A stretch of DNA of 63,949 nucleotides, filler included, from Octopus bimaculoides (taxonomy: Eukaryota), in assembly GCF_001194135.2 (NCBI RefSeq). It is 8 parts of 7 records of this genome, joined end to end, with 100 filler letters (N's around TTAATTAATTAA, not from the genome) between each part and the next. Parts side by side here need not be neighbours in the genome. Positions count along the whole stretch, not along the records: positions 12,906 to 34,416 come from NC_068986.1; positions 34,517 to 35,703 come from NW_026331345.1; positions 35,804 to 47,262 come from NC_069000.1; 5 more parts are not named here. One strand, written 5' to 3'. The position numbers were made by a program, and so were the translations under genes. Shown piece by piece: positions 24,224 to 36,511 of this stretch. Positions within the stretch are counted from its first letter, which is position 1; each line of letters begins with the position of its first letter. The notes beneath the pieces are model-generated. The model ran no database searches. It worked only from the letters and a program-made list of their open reading frames with translations, and was not told the origin of the DNA.

Positions 24224-25892
24224 TAATATATTTGTTTTGTTTTATTTTATTTAGAGTGTATATACAAAATTACTGCTGCAATAGAAGGGAGCTAGTAGAG
24301 GACTGGGCTACTTAGAGTTTTGGCTAAAAGAAAATTTAGTTAGAGGGTGGTGTAGAGGACAGTGGAAGTTATTCTCAGACTGGAGATCTGGTCTGAATGC
24401 TTGCAGCAGAATAGTTTCCATTGAATGTTTCTGAGGATCAGGCTGTGATAGATTAAGTCTACCACCTCACCAAAAAGTAGAACCCTTCAACAGGCTTCCG
24501 TCTACACAGTTTCCATCTACCAAGTTCCACTCATAAAACTTTAGTCATTTTAGTCAAAGCATTGCACACTGGAGTTGAACCTGGAAGCATAACGTTGCAT
24601 AACAAACTTGTTAACCACTCTGCCTTAACTGTGCCCATGTTAATACTTCTTTGAGAGATAGTTGAGAGAAAAATGTGGAATATTAAGACTGTGACAAAGA
24701 ATATGGAAATTTTTCATAAGTAGGCATGGCTGTGTGGTTAGAAAGCTTGCTTTGCAACCTCATGGTTCTGGGTTCAGTCCCAAGTGCCTTCCACTATAAC
24801 TCNNNNNNNNNNTTATGTATGTATGTACTCGTATGTATCCTAGCACTACTGGTGCCAGAAACTATTATGAATAAAGGCTAGTAATGCCAGAATAAGCATG
24901 TTTGTTCTTGTGTATATCCCACCAACTGTTTGACAACTGGTGTTGGTTTGTTTATATCTCCATAACTCAGTAAAAAAGACTGATAAAATAAATACCAATT
25001 TTAAAGAACTAATACTGAGTTGATTTACTCAACTGAAAACCCCTGTATGGCTGCAGTCCAATGACTGAAATAGGTGAAAACTAAAAGCTAAAAGTAGATA
25101 GTACAATAGCCATTACTAATAAAGAACAATAATTTCTTTCTTATTATTCTTTCAACCCTGTTTAGTTGTTCATTTATGGATTTGAAAGCAGAAAATAGTT
25201 TTGCATATATTTTAATGTTACTAGTCTTTGTTCATAATAGCTTCTACTACCAGTAGTGCTAGGATACATTATATAGCTAGATACTGGCTACTAACTCAGC
25301 TTTAATTACAAGAAAATCACAGAATCATTTTAATGACCTAAGAATACGAAAAACTGTTATATTCAATTTTAGTTTATTTCTTAATATTCCAAAATTACTT
25401 CATGCTTCTACAAACCTCATAACTTTCACAGTTCCACAGTACTTATACAATTCCACTGTATCTCAGTGGGTAGAACTGTGTTTATAACCAGAGTGCAGAA
25501 ATGTCATGAAAATTTTGATATCTTTTGATATATTGATTTTGAATTGGTTTCAAAGCCAGTAAGTTCAGCGGGTGGGGATAAATCGATTACATCAACCCCA
25601 GTGCTCAACTGGTATTTATTTTATCGACCCTGAAAGGATGAAAGGCAAAGTTGACCTCAGTGGAATTTGAACTTAGAAAGTAAAGATGGATGAAATGCTG
25701 CTAAGCATTTTGACCAACGTGATTATGATTCTGCCAGCTTGCTGCCTTAAATATTTTTTTGATATATTAATAACTGCAAAGTGAAGGTAATAGATTTGTG
25801 TGTTCTTAGGTGGCTCAAATGACTCTCCCATGATTTAATTATTTCAACTTCAACATACAGTCTCGTATCAAGTAACTTATAATGTTCAAGTT

Positions 25893-26120
25893 TTAACTTT
25901 TGAGGATTAAAATTACAGTGTCAAATGTAATGTTTTTTTATTCATATTATTTTGAATTAGCCATGCATTATCTCATAGCTTTGAGATTTTGATGATGTGA
26001 TTGTTTAATTTTAGAATGACATAGTAGGGTTAGTGTGAGAGATTAGATCTGGTTTGTTTGAACATAGAACAGGTGGAACATTTAGGCTGGATATAACCAG
26101 TGCAAGTGTTAAAAAGTTAA
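25893..26120. mobile_element. TTAA-flanked (piggyBac-like) MITE, degenerate
   Basis: TTAA at both ends with decayed inverted termini (TTAACTTTTGAG / GTTAAAAAGTTAA). Confidence 0.5.
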
Positions 26121-26344
26121 GTGACCATTATCTGTCTCTAAAAATGACTGTCACAGCAAGGCTGTTACTATAACTTATGGACATATATTGCCAACATCTA
26201 AAAGGCAACGTTCTGTTGTCTCTTAGAAGTTGGTATTTTTCTAAGGGAAGAGATATTTCCTGAAATCCAACCCATTTCTTGCCTTTTTTTTAAAATACTA
26301 TTCGAACAAGTTTTCTCAAACTTGCAAAAGTGAGATGTTTTTCT

Positions 26345-26590
26345 ATGAGTATTTCTTTTAAATCAGTGGGGGTCCATATAAGATTTTGTTGTTAAAATTT
26401 ACGTGCAATAAAATGCTTATACTCCAGCAGTACACAAAATATTTCAACATTTTTATGCAATTCCTGATAATATGTATTTATAAAAATATAATTGAACTTT
26501 TTTAAACATCAAATAGCTAGGAGGTTCCACCTGCACAAAATAGGAATCAAAGGGGTCTATAGGCAATAAATGCTTGGGAGCCAGTGTCTT
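26345..26590. mobile_element. hAT-Charlie-like MITE fragment
   Basis: GGGGTCC submotifs and a decayed AGGTTGGGAACCACTG-type end, similar in style to 62729-63025. Confidence 0.4.
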
Positions 26591-27719
26591 AAATGATAGA
26601 TGCACTTACAACTGTCAAATTTGAAATACATTTGTTCTGATCTGATTTTTTACCTTTTGCAAAATAAGGTAAGCAAGATTAAGTGCCTTGTCTTAGAGCA
26701 CAACCCAATGACTATAGTATGATTAGAACACATTATCATTGTCCAACAGTGTACCATCTGAACTTCACCATCTTAACAGTCATTATGCTCAGTTTAAGAT
26801 TTTTTCAATTTATTCTCTTTAATGATATTAATATAATAAAATTAGTATTTGAAGGTGACATATTGACTTTTGATTAATTAATTAAAGGTAATTCCTTACT
26901 ATGCTGTTAAACTGAATAGCTGAGGCTTTTCCAACAGTGAATCTATACACGGTGATCTTTGTTGTCATATTTCACATAAAGCTGGAAATGCAATAATTAT
27001 CAAACATAAATGGATAGTAATTATTTATTGCCAGCTCAGCAAGTTTAGTAGCCAATATATTATGCAGTGATTTTTCAGCAATGGGATTTTAAGAAATACC
27101 CAAACCTCTTCTCTGAAAGCAGCAGCCAACTTATAATGAATTTATAGTTGCTGCTGAAAGTGTATAGGCAGAATCCTATAGTTCTTCCTGTAATAGTTAT
27201 ATTACTCAGTGTAGCATGTGGCTGATTGTACAGTCGGTATATTTAAATGATTTCTGAGTTTTAACAATTCACTGAAAAATGATAAAAGAAAATACTAGAC
27301 TTTAATTTGAATCCTAATCAGTTCTATCAAAGGCCAAATGATATAATACATCCTTTAAATGATAGATTACTTTTTGTTTTGCATAAATATCATTGTTGCT
27401 TCTGTTTTATACTTTAACAAAGACAGATCTGAACTATCATTAAACTTAATTAAATTCTTTTGGAAACTGACAGTCTATTCGTTACAATTTGCTTAGGTAG
27501 TCCAAAAAATCAATCTTATAATTTAGTATAAAAAAAAATTTTTTAAATGAAAACAGTAAAAAAATCCCTGATTTGCTTTGAAAAGAAATAAAGAATCACT
27601 GTTAGAATCTAATTTTTGGTTGCTTAAATTTTTTTGTTTTACTGCCCCAAAAAATATTCAGACTAAAATTTTATTTAATTTATTCACCCATCCATCTTCT
27701 CCACCAGATTTTCTTTGGA

Positions 27720-27950
27720 AGGTCATGGGACTTAGAGTCTTGAGGTACCTCCTCCATAGGATCCTATCAGAAGGAACCATTATAAAACTTTCTACTGGAT
27801 TCTTAAGCATGAACAACTGAGACATTGGATATTATTCAACAATCTTATTCTTGGTCAACTTCTAGGTCTCTGGCTGGCCGGCTCAGCTAGAAGAAAATCC
27901 ATCTTGTAATTCTTTCCGGTGGCATTCAAATCACATGTCCATAAAATTAG
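27720..27950 (-). mobile_element. RTE-type LINE ORF2 C-terminal fragment
   Basis: Frameshifted MPPERITR...QRPRS*PRIRLLNNIQ...DRILWRRYLKTL matches the RPRGRPR.RW...DR..WR motif. Confidence 0.6.
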
Positions 27951-28532
27951 AGTTGTGATTACTCAAAGAAAATGAAAGAGAAGGACAGCATCTTTGACCC
28001 TGCTTTTAGTTTTTCAGGCTTTCCAAGCTTGATTGAATAAAGGGAGAAAGTTGTCATCGCAATGGAGACCTAAACTGAATGCTTCTAACAGATTGAACTC
28101 TGATAAAGGCACTCAGTGACTAAGACAGTGGTTTTAAGGTGATGATGGATTAAGTCTAATAACCAAGAACTCAGAGTACAAACAGCTGGAACAAATACCA
28201 CAAAACATCTCATCAGACTTCTTTACAATTCTGTTAATCCACCAGTCTGAATAACTCAAAAAGTTGAAAAGCAAAGTTGAGCTCATTGGGATTTAAACTT
28301 AGAGCAAACACCACAAGATGTTTTGCCCTATACTTTAATGGCTCAGCCAATTTGCTATCTTGTATGGTAAACAGATGACAAGACACTTTAGTCATTGCAT
28401 CACCTTTGAAAATATTTTTAGTTCATTTTCTGTCCTAATCGATTCAACTTTTCATTTTTCAGAGCTGAGTGATAAAATAACCAGTTTGTGAGCAGCTAGA
28501 AGTGTTTATCAACCTCTTCTGTCTTATATATA

Positions 28533-28565
<33 letters not shown>

Positions 28566-29240
28566 GAATGAATCTGTGTGTGTGTTTGTGTCGGTGTTTG
28601 TCCCCCTCCACCATCACTTGATAACTAATATTGGTGTGTCTATGTCCTTGTAACTTAGCAGTTCGGCAGAAGGACTGATAGAATAAGTACATGACTTACA
28701 GAGAATAAGTCTTGGGTTGATTTCTTTGACTAAAACCTTTTAAGGCAGTGCTCCAGCATGCCATAGCCTAATGACTTAGACAAGTAGCAGAGTAACAGAA
28801 AAGAGAACTGTTATTGTATTCATGTTAAAGATCTTTAGCATCATTCAGTGAAGCCCAAATCTCTGCTGGTCCATCAGGCTCTCACAACAAGTGTCGTGGC
28901 ATACCTGTTGAAGTANNNNNNNNNNTCTAAATTATCTATTATTATATATGTTTCTGATAACAATGAAATAGTGATTTCTGACATAAGCACAAGGTCACAA
29001 ATTTTGCATGTATTTTTTATCTTTTATTTTTGTCAGTCATTGGACTGCAATCATACTGGGGCATCACTCTGAAAGGATTTTGTGATACAGATCACCTTCA
29101 GTAGTTATTTATAAGTCTGGCTCTTATTCAATTAGCCACTTTTGCTGAACTGCTAAGTTTAAGAGACCAAAACAAACCAACATGAGTTGTCAAGTGGTGG
29201 TGATGTGGTGACAAACACAGATACAAAGACATGTGCATGT

Positions 29241-29336
<96 letters not shown>

Positions 29337-30613
29337 GTGCAGGTGTGGCTGTGTGATAAGATGTTTGCTTCCCAACCACATGGTTCCGAGTTCAGTCCCA
29401 CTGCAAGGCACCTTGGGCAAGTATCTTCTCCTTTTGCCCTGTGCCAACCAAAGCCTTGTGGATGTATTTCATAGATGGAAACTGAAAGAAGCCTGTTGCA
29501 TGTGTGTGTGTGATTACTGTCTCCTTGCTTTGATATAACATGATAGCTTTAAACAAATGTCACTGTCATGAAAGCAGTGTTCTTCATATCACAATATTCT
29601 GTGAAAACATGTCTGGTCATGAGGATAAATGACCTTACTTGAAAGCAGGTGAGAGTTGGTGACAGGATGGGCATCCAGCTGTAGAAAGAAAATCTGCCTC
29701 AGCAAAATTCCCTGTAATCCATGAAAGCATGGGAAAACGGGATTAAAATGATGATGATATACACAACAGGCCTCCATGTAAGTTCTGTCTACCAAATTCA
29801 CCCACAAGGCATAGAAGGACAAAGCAGTCAGTTGAAATCGCTTCTGGCACCTGATGGAAGTAAGGACTTATAGTATAATGGCTAGGATGTTCAGTTTATA
29901 ATCATAAGGTAAATGGCTGAATTTCTGAATGGAGTGTTACATTGTGTTGTTGAGGCAAGCATTTCACTTCAGTTTGCTCACATTGCTTATAATACTTAAG
30001 CTGTAATGAATACCTGGCTAGTGCTGGTGTAGCCCTCTTGTCTTTCTGCTTTATGATCAGGATATGCTGCCATGTCAAAGGTGGGAGAACTGAGAGATCA
30101 TCTATTTCTGTCTGTGATCTTGTTACTAGCTATAAAGCCATGCTTGCTTGCGTCTGATGATCAATTAGTACAGGTATTTTACTTATGTTAAATGACTGTT
30201 TCGGTCTTAGAGATTAAAATGTGTTTTTGGTATAGTTGTGTGAGTAAGGAGCTTGCTTTGTAGCAATGTGCTTTCAGGTTCATTTCTACTGCATAGCACG
30301 TTGGGCAGGTGTCTTCTACAGTAGCTCCAGGCCGACCAGAGCCTTGAAAGTGAATTTGGTAGATGGAAACTGTTGGAATCTGTTGAGTATAAATGGTACT
30401 TGGTGACCCTGTCAGTGCAGGGACCACTTAAAAAGCACCCAGTCCACACTGTAAACAGGCTGGCATTTGGAAGGTTATCCAACTGTAAAAACCTTGCCAA
30501 AACTGACCTTGCCTGTGCTTGTGCTTCTGCTTGGCTGGCTCCTGTCAAACTGTCCCAACCTTGCCAGCATCAAAGGTGGACATAAGACGGTGATGATAAT
30601 AATGATAATGATG

Positions 30614-30698
<85 letters not shown>

Positions 30699-30919
30699 GA
30701 GCAAATCATATATCTGAAAGAGAAACACACTCTAAGTTATAGAGCAATAGAGTAATTAGATAAAGATAGTTATGGCCGGTATACAGGGTTACTCAGGGTT
30801 TCACGTCTATAAAACACTTAGCTTTACAGCTTAAGGTTTGAAGAGGTGCTGTAAAGCTAAGCACTCTGGGTCACCCCCATAGACTGGCCATAACTATCTT
30901 TAATTGAGATGCCCTGTTG

Positions 30920-31500
30920 AGGCAAGTGAAATTGAAATCGAACCAAATTCGACGACTGGCGCACATGCCAACCTTTCATTCATTGGACACTAAACTCTGC
31001 TTGCGAAGTGAAATTGAAATCGTAATTGAACCAAATTCGATGACTGGCACCTATGCCAGGTGGAGCACTAACAGCACCATCCAAGCGTGATCATTGCCAG
31101 AGCTGCTGTTTGGCTTCTGTGCCGGTGGCACATAAAAAGCACCATTCAAGCGTGGTCGTTACCAGCGTCGCCTTACTGGCACTTGTGCTGGTGGCACATG
31201 AAAAAACATCTGAGTGAGGTCATTGCCAGTGCCACTGGACTGGCTCCTGTGCAGGTGGCATGTAAAAAACACCATTTTGAGCGTGGCCGTTGCCAGTACC
31301 GCCTGACTGGCACTTGTGCTGGTGGCACGTAAAAGCACCCACTACACTCTTAGAGTGGTTGGCGTTAGGAAGGGCATCCAGCTGTAGAAATTCTGCCAGA
31401 TCAGATTGGAGCCTGGTACAACCATCTGGTTCACCAGTCCTCAGTCAAATCGTTCAACCCATGCTAGCATGGAAAGTGGATGTTAAACGATGATGATAAT
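30920..31500 (+). mobile_element. Retroposon with internal ~65-bp tandem array and (GAT)n tail
   Basis: Units start at 31060, 31125, 31191, 31255 and 31322, followed by the GGAAGGGCATCCAGC tail. Confidence 0.8.
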
Positions 31501-32451
31501 TATGATGATGATATGTATATATATAAGTGTGTATGCCTGTATAATGAGAATGTATGTGTGTGTGTATGTGTATACACACACACACACACACACACGCACA
31601 CACACACACATGTGTATGTGTGTATACCATTACCATTACCACCATTGTCATTTTAACATCCACTTTCTATACTTGCATAGTTCGGATGGATTTTATTCAA
31701 GAAGATTTTCTGTGGCTAGATGCCATTCCAATCACCAGACCGTACCTAATTTCAAGCAAGGCCATAGTTCCCCATGGCCAGACATGTTTTTGGAGAATAT
31801 TGGAAATAAATGACACTGATTGCATGACAAAGACACTCATCTAAGAATATCACAAGATGTCAAGACAAAGGGACACTGATATATACACATCTACAGTTAC
31901 ACATACAGTACATACATACATACATACATTCATATCATGTGAAGAATGCAGTTGTTAGTAGCACATTTATTCCACAGTTTACAGCTGTTCCAATAACATA
32001 TGAGTGACAAATGAAAACAATGGAACAGAGCAATAATACTATCATATTGATTATATAATGAGAGACCTATAGTCATCAAGTCATAACCTTTGGCCATGAC
32101 TGGATGCCCTTCCTGATGCTAACCCTCATAGTTTCCCAGTCGTTTGAACAACAAACATACTCGTCATGTTTTACACAGAGAATTGGAAACAGACAACACT
32201 GTCTCATAGCACTTTAATTTACAAAGATTACACAGCATATTAAGATATGTCAAGAAGCCCAGACATACATTCATTGCAAACTATTGGCTATTGATACTCT
32301 CTGACACTGTCAGTAAGGCCATTGTTTACAACAAGTAAAAGTGCATCATGACAAAACGAATTTGAATTCATTCACACAAATACACCGACATATATTCGTA
32401 TGTATTCTTACACTCATGCATTCATATTCATATTATATATATACACTAACA

Positions 32452-32572
<121 letters not shown>

Positions 32573-32587
32573 GTGACAAATATTCAA

Positions 32588-32662
32588 TTGCCATAATAAG
32601 ACTCTGAGTTTTGGATGTTGGCGTGGAAAACTGCTCCGGCATCTCGTCAGTTATCGAGGCAA
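32588..32662 (-). ncRNA. Type I hammerhead ribozyme motif (left arm; A at core position 12)
   Basis: TTGCC-TC-GATAA / CTGACGA / GATG...CATC / C AAA / ACTC A GAGT C / TTATT-AT-GGCAA. Confidence 0.7.
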
Positions 32663-33957
32663 TCAAATAATGCTATGCAAATGACTGTTAAACAAAGGGA
32701 AATTGCCAACTGACCATTATTAAGACACAAGAGCTATTAGAATGACCGCTGAGGGTAAGGAGTAAAGGTAAGGTAGTAAAAATGCTCATAGAAATTGTGT
32801 AAGCATGCATGTACATACATACACATCCATGCATGCAAACCCATATACATGTACCTATATGCATATGCTCACTCACACTCGCATGAAACGCATACATACA
32901 CACCCACACATATGCCTATATATGCACATATAAATGCAACTATGCATGTATACGTATAAATATCTGCACATATGCATGGACACACACATACACACATGCA
33001 CATACTCATAGGTGCACAGTTATTTTCAAATACAGGTATAAAATACGCACATGCTATATATGCATATGCTCACTTGCACTTGTGTGAAACACATGCATGT
33101 ACACCCACATATATATATGCAACCATACACATGTACATATACATGTACATATATACATACCCACGTGCGCACACACACACGATGTACACATATGCATATC
33201 TGCATACATGCACACACACATGCACATACCCATACATGCACAAATTGTATTCAAATACACGTCTAAAGGTATGCACATGTTATATATGCATATGCTCTCT
33301 CACACTCACATGAAACACTTGCATGTACACCCACATATATATGCAACCATACACATGTACATGTATACATACACACATACGTGCATATACCCATACATGC
33401 ACAAAAATGTTCATATACACGTCTATATGTACATATGCACAAGAAAAATGCAGGGTGAATGGTAAAATACAGAAAAACAATGTGTAAAAATATATAAAGC
33501 AATAAAAGTATAAAAATGTATATATAAATATGAAAAAGATATGTAAAATATATATACATAAAATATAGAGAGATAAAATGCTTGTATGTGGATGGGTATG
33601 TGCACGTGTGTGTGTGTGCGTACATGTGCGGATATGTATATGTGTACATGCATGGGTGCTTATATATGTGCATATATAGGCGCATGTGTGGGTGTGCATG
33701 TATGTGTTTCATGCTAGTATGAGTGAGCATATGCATATAAGCACATGTATGTGGGTGTGTGTGCATGCATGTGTAAGTATGTACATGCATGCTTATGTGA
33801 TTTCTTTGAGCATTTTTACTTCCTTACTTGTTTACTTTCTCTCATTCGGTTTTTTCCCCTTATTTAACGGTCATTCTAATAGTTCTTTTGTTTTAATAAT
33901 GGTTAATCACCTAGTAATTTCCCTTTATTTAATGGTCATTTTCATAACATTTTTTGA

Positions 33958-34032
33958 TTGCCTCAATAACTGATGAGATGCCGGAGCACTTTTCCAACCC
34001 GACATCCAAAACTCGGAGTCTTATTATGGCAA
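33958..34032 (+). ncRNA. Type I hammerhead ribozyme motif (right arm; A at core position 12)
   Basis: Stem I TTGCC-TC-AATAA with TTATT-AT-GGCAA. CTGATGA at 33970-33976. Stem II GATGCCGG/CCGACATC. Stem III ACTC-G-GAGT. GTC cleavage triplet ends at 34020. Confidence 0.75.
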
Positions 34033-34385
34033 CCGAATAGTTGTCAGATATTATATTACAGATAAATTCCTCTATTTACATAATATCGAGGTCTCATTTA
34101 TTCTTTTGTTGTCTTACCATTACTATTAATATATATAAATTAACAAAATGAGATAAAAAATCCAAGGCTGTGAAAGTTTTCAGAACATTTATAAACTTTT
34201 AAACCCTTGGATTTTTTTTATCTCAGTCTGCTAATTTATATATATATGCATACAAATATATGACCTATATTAAACTCCTCATTCATATAATTAATTGAAC
34301 CTGGAGCTTAACTATAGTCTGTCCATAGCACTTACTCAGCATTACCCGACATCTTTGGGTCTTTCTAACACCATTACTTCTCATA

Positions 34386-34416
<31 letters not shown>

Positions 34417-35370
34417 NNNNNNNNNNNNNNNNNNNNNNNNNNNNNNNNNNNNNNNNNNNNTTAATTAATTAANNNNNNNNNNNNNNNNNNNNNNNNNNNN
34501 NNNNNNNNNNNNNNNNTATATATATATAGCTTACCGAAATTATCATATTTTACTTGATCTGTATCTTTCGCCATATTTCATTGTTTTTGCTTCATGTAAA
34601 TTGTAATGCATGATAGTTAAGTTCCAAATAGTTATATGTAAATATTTTGATATCGTAAAGTAAGATTTTTACGGTCACCATTTTGATTTTCTTTTCAGTT
34701 GCTCTAACACACTTGTATTCTGTTCTCGCCACTGAATAACATCCTGTCACGAATTATGTATGATTTGTAGAGACGTTTTTAACTTGAGTAGCTTCTTGAA
34801 CTTAGAGGATAGAAGAAAAATACATCTTTATTTTTACAAACCTTTAACTGGAATTTAGTTTTTCATTCAATAATAAATGCAAGGTTCGCAGTAATTTATG
34901 GTATTCAGAGACTAAACAAATAATGTTAGTTTTTGTAAACTTCAATAAATCTTGCTAGCTGAAATAAATATACTCCATAAAAAAATATGTTATTTCATGC
35001 ATCTAAATATAAAGCATCAGGGAGGTGGTACAAAAACTCCACCAGATATTTGAAGTGGCATAAGGAACAAAGAAAAAAAAACAATTTTCTGCTTCTTTTT
35101 AATTCTTTCTACCTATATGGAAAAGACGACATTTCTTTTAAAGATGTATTACATAAACCATTATTTCCTCGTTTCAAACCTTGCGTTAATTCTATCCTCA
35201 TAGCTTTCTATGAGTATTTTGTACTATGTGTGGAATAAAAAAAAAAGACATTGACGGATAACTCCACCTCCTTTAACCAGCATTGCAAGGTACCTTCGGT
35301 TATAAGATCATGATATACTTCTTTACAGACAGTAAAGTATACCGCAGGCATCTTACAATTTCTAGAATAA

Positions 35371-35407
<37 letters not shown>

Positions 35408-35944
35408 TCGCTCAGGCTATGTTTAGTTCAATAGTATCAATATTTTAAGTTATCTTTGGGACAACAAATTTCACTCAGGTGGGAAGCTGTTATTAAACAA
35501 AATATATCCGTGACAAAGAAACTGGTCCAAGAATTCTTCTGTGGTAAAACGTTAGTTTACCAATCACATGGCTCTGGATTCAGTCCCACTAAGTGGTACT
35601 ATGGGCTGGTGTGTTCTCCTATAGCCTCCGGTCTACCAAGCATTTGATACTCCAGCATGGCAGCAATCTAATGACTGAAATAGATAAAAGAAAAATTATA
35701 TATNNNNNNNNNNNNNNNNNNNNNNNNNNNNNNNNNNNNNNNNNNNNTTAATTAATTAANNNNNNNNNNNNNNNNNNNNNNNNNNNNNNNNNNNNNNNNN
35801 NNNCCGAATCTTCGAAATCACTGATCGAAATCACTGATGCCCCCTCCCCTGTTGTTAAAGTTTAATAAATATTTACTCTACTAAAAATGGTATTAAGCAG
35901 TTCTTCAGCTTAATTTTAAATTGATTTAATATATATATATTGTC

Positions 35945-36155
35945 TTCAAGACAAGGCTGGACCTCCTCCTGTCAGGTGTCCCAGATGAACCAACTTCACG
36001 GCAGGAGGCGCAGATGAGAGCAGCTGCATCAAACTCTCTCATGCACCAAATGTCAATTCCTGAAGTAAAATTCATGAAGTAAAATTGTGTAGCAACACCA
36101 AATGGCGGTGCCCCAGCATGGCCACAGCTCATGAGCTGAAACTAGATAAAATGAA
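35945..36155 (+). mobile_element. CR1/L2-group LINE 3' end
   Basis: FKTRLDLLLSGVPDEPTSRQEAQMRAAASNSLMHQ, then a short 3' UTR with a stem-loop tail. Confidence 0.75.
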
Positions 36156-36179
36156 AAAAAAATTAAAAATATATATTGT

Positions 36180-36460
36180 GAAAGCGCATGGCTCAGTGGT
36201 TAGATCGAGCGTCGAGCTAAACGATCGTGAGCTTGTGAGTTCGAATCCCGGACCGGGCTACGTGTTGCGTTCTTGAGCAAGACACTTTATTTCACGTTGC
36301 TCCAGTAGTATTTCAGTAGTGCCAAGCTATATCTGCCTTTCTCTTATCCCTTGGATAACACTGGTGGCGTGGAGAGGGGAGGCTGGTATGCATGGGCGAC
36401 TGCTGGTCTTCCATAAACAACCTTACCCTGACTTGGGAGGGTAACTTTCTAGGTGCAATC
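36180..36460 (+). mobile_element. SINE family D. Other copies at 52160-52280(-), decayed 5840-5960(-) and 26660-26770(-)
   Basis: A-box TGGCTCAGTGG and B-box GAGTTCGAATCC, then TTCTTGAGCAAGACACTTTATTTCAC. Confidence 0.8.
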
Positions 36461-36464
36461 TCAG

Positions 36465-36511
<47 letters not shown>

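Larger units (their letters stand above)
32574..34046. mobile_element. ~1.47-kb foldback element with ~430-bp inverted arms carrying hammerhead motifs
   Basis: 32574-33000 is the diverged reverse complement of about 33600-34046. Internal ~200-225-bp tandem units start near 32858, 33058 and 33284. Confidence 0.8.

Noticed and set aside
31060-31335. Regular ~65-bp array as a possible CRISPR
   Set aside because: Whole units are homologous with no unique spacers, there are no cas genes, and the context is eukaryotic.
36180-36260. tRNA-like sequences with A and B boxes (also 45999, 51320, 62478)
   Set aside because: They continue into SINE bodies and lack a proper acceptor stem; these are SINE heads, not tRNA genes.
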